Positions 28,363-40,745 of a stretch of DNA of 64,000 nucleotides are shown here, piece after piece. Where the stretch lies: contig CM022676.1 of NCBI GenBank assembly GCA_012295275.1, positions 16,492,001 through 16,556,000 on the forward strand, read 5' to 3'. How positions within the stretch are numbered: the stretch's first letter is position 1; the number at the start of each line of letters is the position of its first letter. A program made the translations under genes and the position numbers. This stretch comes from Chrysomallon squamiferum (taxonomy: Eukaryota; Animalia; Mollusca). Below the pieces are notes generated by a model. It had not been told where the DNA came from, did not search any database, and worked only from the letters and a program-made list of their open reading frames with translations.

Positions 28363-29232
28363 AGCAGAGCGGGGACTTGAGTTAAGATTACAAGATAATG
28401 ATATGAGACATTCATGAATAGAAGTTTTAACATGTCAGCAGGATACAGATCAGTATCAATATTTGAAGATGAAGAGATTGATACTTTTTTCCAGCTATTC
28501 GATCAATTAGCCAAAGAGTTCCACTGGCCTGAAACAACGTCGACATTGTTGGCCATGTTGAGATTTAGAGGTAAAGCTTGTGAGGTATATAATTAAGTAT
28601 CTGAGTGACCACAGTTGTACACAGTTTAAGTTGGTTAAGGCGGCTGTCTTAAGAATATATGAATTGCGTCCAGAAGCGTACCGGTTCACGTATAGTGAAT
28701 TGAAGGAACCTGAAGGTCAGTGTTATGTAGAATATTTCGCGAAAAATGCTGGATTATTTGAAGGCTTACGGCAATTGTTAGTACTACATGATCTTAAATA
28801 TGGGTTACCAGTTAATTTGCGCCTTCATTTATAGAACATGGGTTTATATATATAATACAGGATGCGGCGATCGTTCCTGATGATTTCATGTTAATTAATG
28901 AAACTCAATCAGGGCAAGGGAATTCCAGTCATCATGGAGAAAAAAATACATTTCAGGGGGGGGGGATTTCTGCATAATGCTAATCACTTGTGTTAGTCAA
29001 GTGGTCAGGCGAGAATTGTTCTTGGTTGTCAGAAACAGGAGAAACCACCAGTATCTCCACATGGGAGAACATTCTAATTGATTGGAAGATTTCTGATGAT
29101 GTTAACTTAAAGGATAACAAATTAACATCCAGTGGGTTCTTGACTCAGTTTGAACATACCCTAAGAGTTGTCGAAATTAGACGAGTAGCCTAATATTCTA
29201 AACTAACTGAAGGTTAGCAGGTGTATAGGATC
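27003..29232 (+). mobile_element. Decayed Gypsy-type LTR retrotransposon: putative LTR (about 27003-27774) and disrupted gag (about 28012-29030)
   Basis: Gag motifs IDTFFQLFDQLAKEFHWP..RGKACEVY, VKAAVLRIYELRPEAYR and LRQLLVLHDLKYGLP follow an (ER)n/(GA)n tract; the LTR-like start is TGTGACGG. The right boundary is uncertain. Confidence 0.85.
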
Positions 29233-30219
29233 TTGAGGAAATCAGGATATGGAATAGGTTTCATAATGCAGGCTAGGTATTTAGTGTCATGTTCGAATTT
29301 GTGTAGAAATGAGGAAACATAATCAAGATGATCTAGAACAGTCAGTCATGTCAGTGTAGGTCAGAAATGTTCATCGTTTTGAACTAACATATTTAGTATG
29401 TTTAGCAAAAATGTGAACATTAGTTTGGTCTAACTTGTTCCAGTCTATATGCGACAGAATCATGGTTCATCTGCTTGATGACTCTGTGAACTGCTCGTTT
29501 TCTTACACTTGTGTGCACTGTGACATGTAGCATTCTGATATTCAGACCATTGTCTGGTGGGATTATGTTGAGCACGAATGATACATTCCAGAAAGAAATA
29601 AAACACAACAAAAAACAACAACAAAGAAACAAAAGAAAAGAAGAAAAAAGCGTCAACCTGAATGACAGCAGTTCTGCTTTTCATCCACAGTATATTTGAA
29701 AGTAATACAACGTGTTGTTTGATCTGTTATCATAAACTCAGTTTCTTCAAATAAGCTTTTGAAAGAAATTCCACTAGCAGCTTCTGACATTTTTCTCACT
29801 TTAAATTGATTTTAATGGTTTTCGACAACACAATTATCATAAAAAGGCCTATATATCAGAATTATTATTTATTTGACAATTGTATTGATTAATGCCAAAA
29901 TAAAGTTGAATTATCTCACAGTATTGACCACAGCGAATGTGCAAGAAGGATAGTACGACTTAACAGTTAAAAATGTATATGTCTGTGTACGGGTTTATCT
30001 GTATATAGTTCAGCCTTTTAATACGTTAATATTAGAAACATTGATTGCTCATATTTATAGCAAAACTAGAGATAGAGCGACATTTTTATCTTACTCAACT
30101 GAACTTTTAATACCGAATTTCTGTTACATGTTTGTTAGTTGCTTTTTTGCTTTTTATTTGTTTAAACAAATCATACTATTCTTACTCACACGTCTTATAT
30201 AAATCTGTTATTATTTCAG

Positions 30220-30364
30220 TACAAGTACGATTAGTGAATGGAAGAGGAATACCAACACAAGGTCGAGTTGAGATTCAAGTAAACGGGACGTGGGGAACAA
30301 TTTGTAGAAATAGTTTTGACACAAAAGATGCTGGTGTTCTCTGTTCCATGATGGGATTTAGTCG
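30220..30364 (+). CDS. Gene B SRCR4 exon a ([48 protein letters not shown])
   Basis: SRCR motif; tttcag/gtaaaa; 145 nt. Confidence 0.95.
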
Positions 30365-30447
30365 GTAAAAAAACCCACATCTTTTCTGCAATATTCCGTT
30401 TTATAAACTATTATTGACTACTACTATTCCTACTACTACTCTATCTG

Positions 30448-30492
<45 letters not shown>

Positions 30493-30505
30493 TTATATCA
30501 ATCAG

Positions 30506-30620
30506 CCATTTGATCTGTCGGAGGTGTGTCTTACTATATAACTTTAGATATTTCTGATAATCTGTGATGAACGTTTTGACACAAGAGATGCTACTGTTCT
30601 CTGTTCAGTGATGACATTTT
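30506..30620 (+). pseudogene. Second copy of the relic SRCR a-half exon (I*SVGG...ICDERFDTRDATVLCSVMTF)
   Basis: Duplicate of 23352-23470. Confidence 0.7.
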
Positions 30621-31264
30621 TTGTCCGAAGTCGATGTTACTGTATAATTGTTAACATTTCTCTATCAACTAACCGGTTGGTTTAAGATAATGACACGTTT
30701 TTAATGTAAATTCTCCTTTTTTCAAAAATACAGTTATCACACTTTCAACGTGCTTGATATCTCCAGATGTTAGAGTAATCAAAACTAGCTAATTCCGTAT
30801 TACTTAATTATTTTGTATCTCTGATTGTTATGTGAACCATACTCGAAAAAACATTTTTAATTAAGAAACAAAATTATTGATTGACATGTTTCTTGCTACT
30901 TAAGAGGTTAGCATTAAAACCTTTGACTTTTTCATGATTATAAAAGAAGAAACAGTTTCTGTTATTCTCTCTATGACTTCAGACGGTATCGAACTGAGAA
31001 AAAAAAAAAAAAAAAATAAGCATACTTAGTGAAGATCTCACAGACAAGAATATGAATTTCTTTTCTCATTATTTTGCGTTAAATAAATACCGGTCCAATA
31101 AAAATAACTTAATAAGATAGATTCCGTCATTCTTCATTCTCTAACAAATACTCGTTTCATTATAGCCTGATTCTAAAATATAAACCATCGAAATTTAATT
31201 GTGTTAAAATGCTTTCTTTAATAGATAATCAGCAATGTATCATGTTTTATCTGATATATTTCAG

Positions 31265-31440
31265 TGACGGAGCAAAGACCTTCACAAGTTATCCAACATA
31301 CTTTGGAGAAGGTTCAGGTCAAATATGGTTACATACACTTGGGTGTGAAGGAAAAGAAACATCTGTTGAACAGTGCAGTTTTCCTGCTTGGAGAAACAAT
31401 CGATGTAGTCACAGGTCCGATGTTGGGATACGTTGTCAAG
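31265..31440 (+). CDS. Gene B SRCR4 exon b (...FGEGSGQIWLHTLGCEGKE...CSHRSDVGIRCQ)
   Basis: SRCR motif; tttcag/gttcgt; 176 nt. Confidence 0.95.
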
Positions 31441-31753
31441 GTTCGTTACATAGAAGTCTAATATTTGTTGTATTTGTGTTTATTTGCGTCAATATTGAGA
31501 AAAATCAACAAAATCGTTTTAATCGTTTTCCAAAGTAACCAAATCAAACCAAAGAATGAAAAATTTAAAAACACAAACAGTAAAATAACGGCAGGACGAC
31601 CCATACTTTCTTCTTTTTTTTTTTCATTTTTCCTTGTATAGTTAAAGAAATAATGTGTCGGGAAAATAAGAAAAAAAGTACATGGGTCTGTATAAGCAAA
31701 GGATTCTGTCAGTTTCAGAACACTAAAGTGAAACCTGTTATCATTTATTTCAG

Positions 31754-31898
31754 TATCTCTCAGACTAGTCAATGGTGGAGGTATTGAAACACAGGGTCGA
31801 GTTGAGATCAAACTTAACGATACATGGGGAACTGTCTGTGGTGACAAATTTGACGACACAGAAGCAGGATTTATCTGCAGACTTTTAGGATTCAGTCC
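31754..31898 (+). CDS. Gene B SRCR5 exon a (appears identical to SRCR2a)
   Basis: 145 nt; same splice sites as 24595-24739. Confidence 0.95.
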
Positions 31899-32095
31899 GT
31901 AAGAATGTTTTAACTTTAGTAAAACTGGACAATTTAAAAACAGTAATAACATATCAGCACGTTTAAATTTCTGACATACAAAGTAAATTGAAATTGGAAA
32001 TTACGATTTGCGTTTATATTTACCCCGTAGTACCGTTCGATCAATATTTGTATAAACTAAGATCAGACAACTCAGTTGTGTTTTGTAAATCCTAG

Positions 32096-32271
32096 ATTCA
32101 ACGCAAAGACGTATAAGAATGCTCACTTTGGAGAAGGAACAGGACCAGTGTGGGTTGATGATGTTAACTGTGTTCAAGATGAACATGGAGTGAATCACTG
32201 TTCTTTCTCTGACTGGGGTAAAAAAAACTGTAATCATAAACAGGATTTGGGAATAAGCTGCATGCCTCAGA
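32096..32271 (+). CDS. Gene B SRCR5 exon b
   Basis: 176 nt; 2 nt differences from SRCR2b. Confidence 0.95.
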
Positions 32272-32913
32272 GTATGTTGTTTTTGTTTTGTTTGTTTAGT
32301 TGTATTATCTTTCCTTGCATTATTTAAAGGTGTACTTAAATTACAAGGAAAACGTTCAATATAAAATGTCAAATTCAAAATGGAAGAACCACATGTGCTA
32401 GAAGTATGCGCTGTACTTTTCATATTCTTCGATTTATAAAACAACGCGGCGCGATATAGTTCATGCTCTCTCTGTCTGTTTGTTTGGCTTATCGATATCA
32501 GAAATAAAACTTAACTTTATAAATATGGTTTCCTATTTATGTATCTCTTAATGGAAGGACTGAAGTTATTCGTCTTTCCATGGTATTGATATCATGGTAA
32601 TTTAATTATGTAGATGTACAAAGACAAAATTAATTTCGAACCGGATCGTTAAAAATACAAATGAAATTTAGTAACGTGAACAAATTATCACCATCCGAAT
32701 TCCGGTTGCCATGTACAAGTTTAAACGTAAATACATGGCTACATCTTCACACCATACGTACATACAAAGACAGACACACACATGCACACACAAACTTATA
32801 TTCGTATGTATAAATCTGGAAAAAAATGTTCTTCTAAAATGTTAGTGATGGATTCTTTATCAAGATATTTGTATAAAAAAATGTGTTTTGATCGTTTCTT
32901 GAATTGATTTCAG

Positions 32914-33058
32914 TTTCTGTTCGATTGGTCAACGGAAGAGGAATTGCAACACGAGGCAGACTTGAAATAGAAAACAACGGGACATGGGGAACTGTCTGTG
33001 ATAATGAATTTGACGACAGAGATGCTTCTGTCATCTGTTACATGCTGGGTTTCAGTCG
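32914..33058 (+). CDS. Gene B SRCR6 exon a (appears identical to SRCR3a)
   Basis: 145 nt; tttcag/gtaaat. Confidence 0.95.
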
Positions 33059-33081
33059 GTAAATAAATCTTTTCCTAAGTC

Positions 33082-33149
<68 letters not shown>

Positions 33150-33305
33150 TACTACTACTACTACTACTACTACTAGTACTACTACTATTATTTATTTATT
33201 TATTTATTTATTATTATTATTTTTATAAATTATAAGTTCCTGAGTGACATCGGGAATAAGCATTATTACTATATTCTGTAAACTAATTATTAACATTAAT
33301 TTCAG

Positions 33306-33481
33306 TTTTGAAGCAAAATTCTATACAGCATCTCAGTTTGGACAAGGCAGTGGACCTATTTGGCTTGATGGACTTGACTGTAAGGGAGATGAAGAACGTG
33401 TAGACTATTGTTCATTCCCAACTTGGGGTGAAAACAACTGTAGTCATAATCAAGACGTGGGAATTAGCTGTTTGAATCGCT
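33306..33481 (+). CDS. Gene B SRCR6 exon b
   Basis: 176 nt; tttcag/gtaagt; 2 aa differences from SRCR3b. Confidence 0.95.
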
Positions 33482-33696
33482 GTAAGTAGTGACATGTAGC
33501 ATTAGTAAAATTAATGACAACAAAATATTTAGTGAACAAACGAGATGTGCGAAATCTAGATGTAACAAAACAAATCTGAAGACTTATGCTAATTAGGTTT
33601 TCGTGTCTGTTCTTGTAATTGATGTATTTTCCATGTGTGACGACATCATGGTTCATATGATAATAAGACAATATTAAGAAATGGTTAAAAACATAT

Positions 33697-34511
33697 TGTG
33701 ACGGAGACGACATTCTCCTTTTTATTATGTAACGCGTAAGAATTATATAAGCTATCTGCGACGTACACAGTAGTTTCCTGTTTAATACATAATCAATATT
33801 AGATTTCCTCAGAAATTTTATAAGCTATAGTGACGTCTCCGTGTCTTCTGTTTAAGTAACTGAAAGGCAGTTTGGTGTTTACTTTCTAACAATGTTCAAT
33901 TTAAATACATACATACATACATATATATATGAACTGAAGTAGTATAACCATTATTTTGGAGAATAGCTGGTAATCTGAGATCAGACTGTTATTATCTCTA
34001 CAACAGTGGGTGAAGAATAGTCGGAATCTGATGTGCTATTTTCCCTTGAGAGTTTAACATATTTAACGTGTCTGATATGTTCACTTATGTAATTTTGTGC
34101 CATAAAAATGTTTGTTGTGTTTCTAGTGATTGAAGGTTTGCTGAATAAAAATACTTATATAGCCTTGTTTCCTGAATACCCTTGGAGCCAAGCCAATACA
34201 GTGCGATATCCATGTATAGTTGCTACTGTTTTGAAGGAAGAGTTTTACGCCCGTTCAGGAGGTTATAATTTGAATACGTGACGACGGTGCTAATTTCAGA
34301 TCACATTTGACTGCGTCATACTACATTGTTGTACCTATTGTAATGTTTCGGCCTTCGCCCGGGATTTGAAACGGAGACGAATCATAAATACAATATTGTT
34401 GCAATTGTGGGTTTTATAAATTATATTGCAATATTTCTAGGTATTGTCATTGTTGTTCACAAGAAAACCAATCAGTACTCTAGAACATCTTAACGTGAAT
34501 CAAAATGGATC
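33697..34511 (+). mobile_element. Duplicated copy of the Gypsy LTR/leader region with gag missing
   Basis: Near-identical to 27003-28018 apart from internal gaps; joins at GGATC to sequence matching 29228 onward. Confidence 0.7.
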
Positions 34512-35498
34512 TTGAGGAAATCAGGATATGGAATAGGTTTCATAATGCAGGCTAGGTATTTAGTGTCATGCTCGAATTTTTGTAGAAATGAGGAAACATA
34601 ATGAAGATGATATAACACAGTGAGTCATGTTAGTTTTGGTCAGAAATGCTCATCCTTTTGAACTCACATATTTAGTATGTTTAGTAAAAATGTGAACATT
34701 AGTTTGTCTGACTTGTTCCAATCTATATGCGACAGAATCATGGTTTATCTGCTTGATGACTCTGTGAACTGCTGGTTTTCTTACACTTGACTGCACTGTC
34801 TTGTGTTACTCTGTTGCACACGAATGATATATTACCAGAAGACACATAAAAAAAAAAAAAAAACAGAAAACCAAAAAAAAAAAAACGTTAAAGTGAATGA
34901 CAGGAGTACTGCTTTTCATGAACAGTATCTTTGAAAGCAATACAACGTGTTGTTTTATCTGTTATCACAAAATCAGTTTTTTGAAGTAGGCTTTTGAAAG
35001 AAATTCCACTAGCAGCTTCTGACACTTATTAAATGCTCTGACTTTAAATTTATTATTATTATTTTCGATCAGACGATTGTCACAAAATGCCTATATATCA
35101 GAATTATTATTTATTTTACAATTTCATTTATTAATGCCGAAATAAAGTTGAATTATCTCATAGTATTGATTATAGCTATTGTGAATCAAGGAGAGTACGT
35201 CTTAACAGTTAAAAGTTATATGTATGTGCTCGGGTGTATATTTCAACCTTTTAGTATATTAATATTAGAAACATTGGTTGCCGATGTTTATAGCAATACT
35301 ACAGATAGAGCGACATCTTTATCTTACTCAACTTTACCTTTGTTACCGAATATCTGTTACATAATTTTCTTTACAAGGGAAATGATATATGACTATATAC
35401 ATGTGTGTTTCTCTTTTGTTTTGTTCGTTGTTGTTTTTGTATTAAACAAACCATTATATTCTTACTAACAGATCTTATATAACCTATTATTATTTTAG

Positions 35499-35643
35499 TA
35501 CCAGTACGATTAGTGAATGGACGAGGAAAACCAACACATGGTCGAGTTGAGATTCAAGTAAACGGGACGTGGGGAACAATCTGTGATGATGGTTTTGATG
35601 AGAAAGATGCTTCAGTTTTATGTCACATGTTAGGATTTAGTCG
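35499..35643 (+). CDS. Gene B SRCR7 exon a ([48 protein letters not shown])
   Basis: SRCR motif with canonical CDD; ttttag/gtaatt; 145 nt. Confidence 0.95.
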
Positions 35644-35837
35644 GTAATTGCTTCATTTATGTACATAATTACTTACTTACTTTCATACTTAGTTTGTGAA
35701 CGAGAATATTTTATACAGATGTAACTGATTTTACTGAGAATGAAAGTTAGTGACGATGTTTACGTGAAATACTTTTCGACATGATTATAATAATAATAAT
35801 AATAAAAATAACAAGAATGATAATAATGATAATAATG

Positions 35838-35911
<74 letters not shown>

Positions 35912-36238
35912 TGCTATGAGAAAAAGAAGAAAACAAAATAGCAAATACAACAAAAAGTAACAGCAATAATAATTTCTAGCAATGTTGATCTTGAGCTTTG
36001 TAGGAAATATATTCAAGTCGTCTTTGTATAATAAAATTTCGCTGGCGATATTTACACTATCCTTTTGGTAGCAAAACATACATATTAAACATAGTTGAAA
36101 TCACTTAGAAAGTAAAAAATGTCTTCTTGAAACGTCAGGACTACGAGAAGGTATGTGAAGGCGTTGTGCAAACAATGTTGAATATTCATTTTACTGTACA
36201 TATTATTTATTTTAAAAGGAATATTAATTTTGTTTAAG

Positions 36239-36408
36239 TTTTGGTGCAAATCAAGATAAAACTGCTCGCTTTGGAGAGGGAACAGGAGAAATATGGATTG
36301 ATGATCTGAGATGTGATGGAGATGAAGACAGTGTTGAACAGTGTTCATTTCCTGGCTGGAGAAACCACTACTGTGGTCACTGGAACGATGCTGCAATCAG
36401 CTGTCAAT
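36239..36408 (+). CDS. Gene B SRCR7 exon b (FGANQDKTARFGEGTGEIWIDDLRCDGDEDSVEQCSFPGWRNHYCGHWNDAAISCQ)
   Basis: SRCR motif; tttaag/gtcagt; 170 nt, phase 2-1. Confidence 0.9.
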
Positions 36409-37716
36409 GTCAGTTTACATGTGATATTTATTTTATTTTATTTTTATTTAACTGTTTATCCGTAACAAAATGTTTTAGCGTGTTGTCATCAAAATTGTCC
36501 TTCTTGTGTTTAATGTTGTTGTACCGAAGTCTGTATCTAACTTTATTTGCCTTCAATAAGAACTAAAACAAAACAAAACAATATCAGGATTGGGTACAAT
36601 AGTTAATAAACAAACTAGGTTCAAAATAATCTAAATTAAAATGAGTTATATTAATGATGCAATCGTTTCGTATTTATTAGTTTAGTTGTTTGTTTGTTTG
36701 CTTGGTTTTCGTTTGTTTATTTGTTTCTTTGTTTGTGTGTTGATTTGTAATTCACGTAAGAATTATTATAGGCTGTTAGAGATAATCATATACCATAACG
36801 ATGGTTACAACAAAGGAAACTCATTGCTGAAATTTTACAGCCAGTCTTGTTGACATATAAATTGTAACTAAAATATATGTGACAATTTATTTTATTTTAT
36901 GTTATTTAATTTACCTGTTTATCAGTGACAAAAGGTTATATTTATAAGTTTAATTTTGTAATAATCAGCTTCTCACTAAATAGTTTGACTTTTTACATCC
37001 ACAAGCTTATTTTCGAATATTCTAATCACCATCTTACATTCTGTCTTTTATTTACTTTCTGGATGGGGAAACCTTACACTCAAATGTCATTATCCGTTAG
37101 ATGTCTCTAGTAGCAACGGCATACATTACGTTATGTGATTCAAGATTGTCTTTACTTATGAATATAGTTAGTTTGTATTAATTAATCCATAAATTAATTA
37201 ATTTATTGATATGCAGTGTGGTTCTATTTTAAATTTCTTTATTTTTTCATCATGTGAAAATTTGTGAATGTCATAACATTATATAGTGATGAATATATGA
37301 CTGTATTTTATTCTTATTTTTCCTGATATATGTTATACATACTTTCTGCAGTTTAAAGGTCCATTTCGCTTATACAAATAGTAATAATCAAATTTCTATT
37401 TCCATTTATTCTTCTTTTCTGTATGTATTTTATAACGGCTGGACATACTGCAGAGCTGTACGAAATTCCATCTGTTCAAATGAAACATCTATCTTATTTA
37501 CTTTAAAGCTATCTTCAGATACATTAAACCTGCAGCAAATATCAAATTTAATAATTGTTTTTGTGTTTTAATTTTACTTTCCATAAGAGATTTTTTTTTT
37601 TCTTCTGACTGTAATACATTAATTCACTGAGACCATACCTTTCATTTGCTGTTATAATGATACTATTTATTTATTTATTTATTTATTTATTTATTCATTT
37701 GTATTGGTCATCTCAG

Positions 37717-37802
37717 CAGAAATCAGACACGACAAACATTTACATGTCCAGCAAATAGTTCTGAGCATTCAGAAAGTAACCAGTTCCAGCTCACAGTTCT
37801 TT
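37717..37802 (+). pseudogene. Orphan C-terminal half-Ig exon (RNQTRQTFTCPANSSEHSESNQFQLTVL), phase 2-1, with no intact partner exon found
   Basis: ctcag(cag) acceptor, gtaagt donor, Ig F/G-strand pattern; the phase is incompatible with SRCR7b. Confidence 0.55.
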
Positions 37803-39415
37803 GTAAGTTCCACATACGGCGATAAACTTAAAGCTTTAAATACAAAAATAATATATTAAACAGAGAAGAAAACAAATAATAAAAAAAATAAACATTAAGA
37901 TAAACATTAAATATTAGCTTTTCATTTTTGATTCATCCCGTTAAAATAAGTGTTATCTGAAAGCACGATAATAAAATACAAGCATATAGTAAATTAACAT
38001 CATTTATGGAGCGGTTTCTTCATCATTTCTTCTTCCTTTGCTATTTTTCACTCGCACCAAAACTGCTGTTTCAGCTATTTAAATAATAACCGGCAAACTA
38101 TTTTTCTTTTTACCTCGATTTGATAGACAGACACTTCCGGACCAATAATGCTTCATGTATTTCTATAATCCTTCTGTCATAATAATTTGTGTTTTCATAA
38201 TATGTAGTCTAGGGTAACAAGGTGTTTTAATGGCCACCTAACAAGGAAAATAAACGCTAAGTTGACACCAATCTATAAGTCTATCTCTCTACTAAAGAAA
38301 TATACACAACACCATTTAAGGTTCACGTTAATTATATAATTATGATTTACAGGTGACTTGATCATAATACATTATAAAATCATAAAACATGCGCTGAAGT
38401 AATTTGTATTAATGATACGAGAAAGGTCATACGGGGAAGCAAGACAAACTGAGAATCTGCACTGAGGACAGATTAAAACATTAAAATGTCAGGTATAATA
38501 AATGTTACTGACACAGGTTAATTACACATTACACCCTATCAAAATAAGAATAGACAATTGCTTACCATACTCGTCAGTTAAGACAATGTCTTTCAAAAAC
38601 GTTTCGTTTCCTCGCCTGACTGAGCTTACTTCTCTTACTTTTCTCTTTAATTACCAAATTAAAGTCCTTATATAACAACACCATGGAGTTGACTAATTTG
38701 CGGAAACAATAAAAAGAGCGGATGTGATTGTAGTAATAATTAAAGTTACGCAATTTCAATTCCATAGCTTAAAATCAAAAAGAGCCGATCTGACTGAAGT
38801 AACCAATTTGGTTACGCAATCTGAATTCCGTGACAATCTGTCTGTAGAATCCCTTTGACCTTCCCCTTCATTAACCCCTTCAGAGCGCTCAGCGCTATCA
38901 TGATTTCTTTTTGAAAGTTCATTACTTCTTCTATTTTTTTTTTTTTTTTTTTTTTTTACATTTTACTTATACCGTGATAGGCTAAATACATATCATCCTT
39001 GATAGAAAAATTCAGAGTGAACTGTGTCTGATTAGATAGTGTTGTAGATGTTTCCGATGTTTACCTATCGAGTTGTCAGTGCTTGTATGAAAAATTTGAA
39101 CCTGATTTTGTTTTAGCTACGTACAAATTAACATTTTTTTTTACAAATATCTTTCCTACATTAAAGCAAAGAAAACAATGCTTACCTTTGCTGATTTTTC
39201 TTGATTAATTCAGACACGTAAATGAAAATGAAAGTTAAAGTATTGCAGACAATATATTTTTCTCCATAACATACACATATACAGAACTGCTTTTTGAGTA
39301 AAACAACTGACACTTTATGTAGAATTTAGCACTAAAAAATATGTTTTTGACTGGCTTCGTCTTGCACCTCAAACGTCAGTGATTTCGCTTGAGTAAATGT
39401 TTTCTGTCATTGCAG

Positions 39416-39694
39416 ACCAAACTTCTATTTCATCTTTGACGTTGAACTCAATTTCTACAAAGTTAACAGTTGATGAGCTGACTCCCATGACTCTGAGATG
39501 TGAAGTTGACAGTAATCCAGCATCTCACATCAAACTGTTAAACAGATCTCAGATTCTACGTGAAGTGAACAACTCCAAGTCAGTGGAGTACAGCTGGAAT
39601 GAAGCTGGATGTCTGGATACAGGATTTTACACTTGTGAAGCAGGAAACAACATCAAGTCTGATGTCAGTCAAAGCGTGCAGCTTGTTGTTAAAT
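39416..39694 (+). CDS. Gene B Ig-like domain exon (QTSISS...MTLRCEVDSNPAS...CLDTGFYTCEAGN...VQLVVK)
   Basis: L-x-C-x4-NP and D-x-G-x-Y-x-C motifs; ttgcag/gtaact; 279 nt, phase 1-1. Confidence 0.93.
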
Positions 39695-39909
39695 GTAACT
39701 GCTATTTTTTACACACATTAGAATATCAGTAATCGTAAAATAAGCAACTTACATACACCTCTATATTACACACACCTTGACAGACAATCACATCCACAGA
39801 GACACACGCTCAAACACACAAACACAAATGTTCACATTTTTTTCTTTCTTCATTTCATGTGGTCAGGTTTATCAACGTTAATTAGCCTGACTTTCTTTTT
39901 GCCTACAAG

Positions 39910-40209
39910 GTCCACCGAGGATTCCTTCCAATGTGAACATAAAGAGAATCAGGTCTTCTGCCATCTCAGTGTCTTGGACAGAGGAATTTAACGGCGGCTT
40001 CGTGCAAACTTTCATTGTGCAGTACAGAGAAAGTACTTCAGCACAGTGGAACAACGTCACAGAGAAATTTCTAGAACGAGGTCTACATACAACCCATACA
40101 ACAGTGATAGCATCTCTGAAATCAGACACGAAGTATCTTGTGAGGATTTTGGCTTATAACAAATACGGAGATAAAGGTTTTACAGATGAGAGAGCTATTT
40201 TGATGACAG
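39910..40209 (+). CDS. Gene B fibronectin type III exon (PPRIPSNV...VSWTEEFNGGFVQTFIVQYR...LKSDTKYLVRILAYNKYG...)
   Basis: FN3 W / NGG / L..T.Y..R..A.N..G pattern; acaag/gtacct; 300 nt, phase 1-1. Confidence 0.93.
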
Positions 40210-40516
40210 GTACCTATATTAATAATGAGGTAAAATACAGTTAAATAGAGTTATGCATGACATGATGTGATTTGTTTTCTGCCTTCATAACAGTGGAACA
40301 GTTTACGTGGTTTATTTTGCTAAAATCATTAATTATTTATTTTTACTTGCACATTTGAACACAAATTACACACGTCGCATTGTCTATAAGTACTCGTTAG
40401 TAACATTTTTAATGTGCTTGTTGTTTTTCCTATACAGGTAAATATTACATAGCTTTATTTGTTTGTAATACGTATTTATCTGAAAGCTCAATTATATGTT
40501 GTTTTTTTTGTTTTGG

Positions 40517-40745
<229 letters not shown>

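Noticed and set aside
38710-38900. Two imperfect direct repeats of about 55 nt and a small AGCGCT-containing palindrome in the intron before the Ig exon
   Set aside because: Only two copies and no recognisable termini or RNA fold; probably TE debris.
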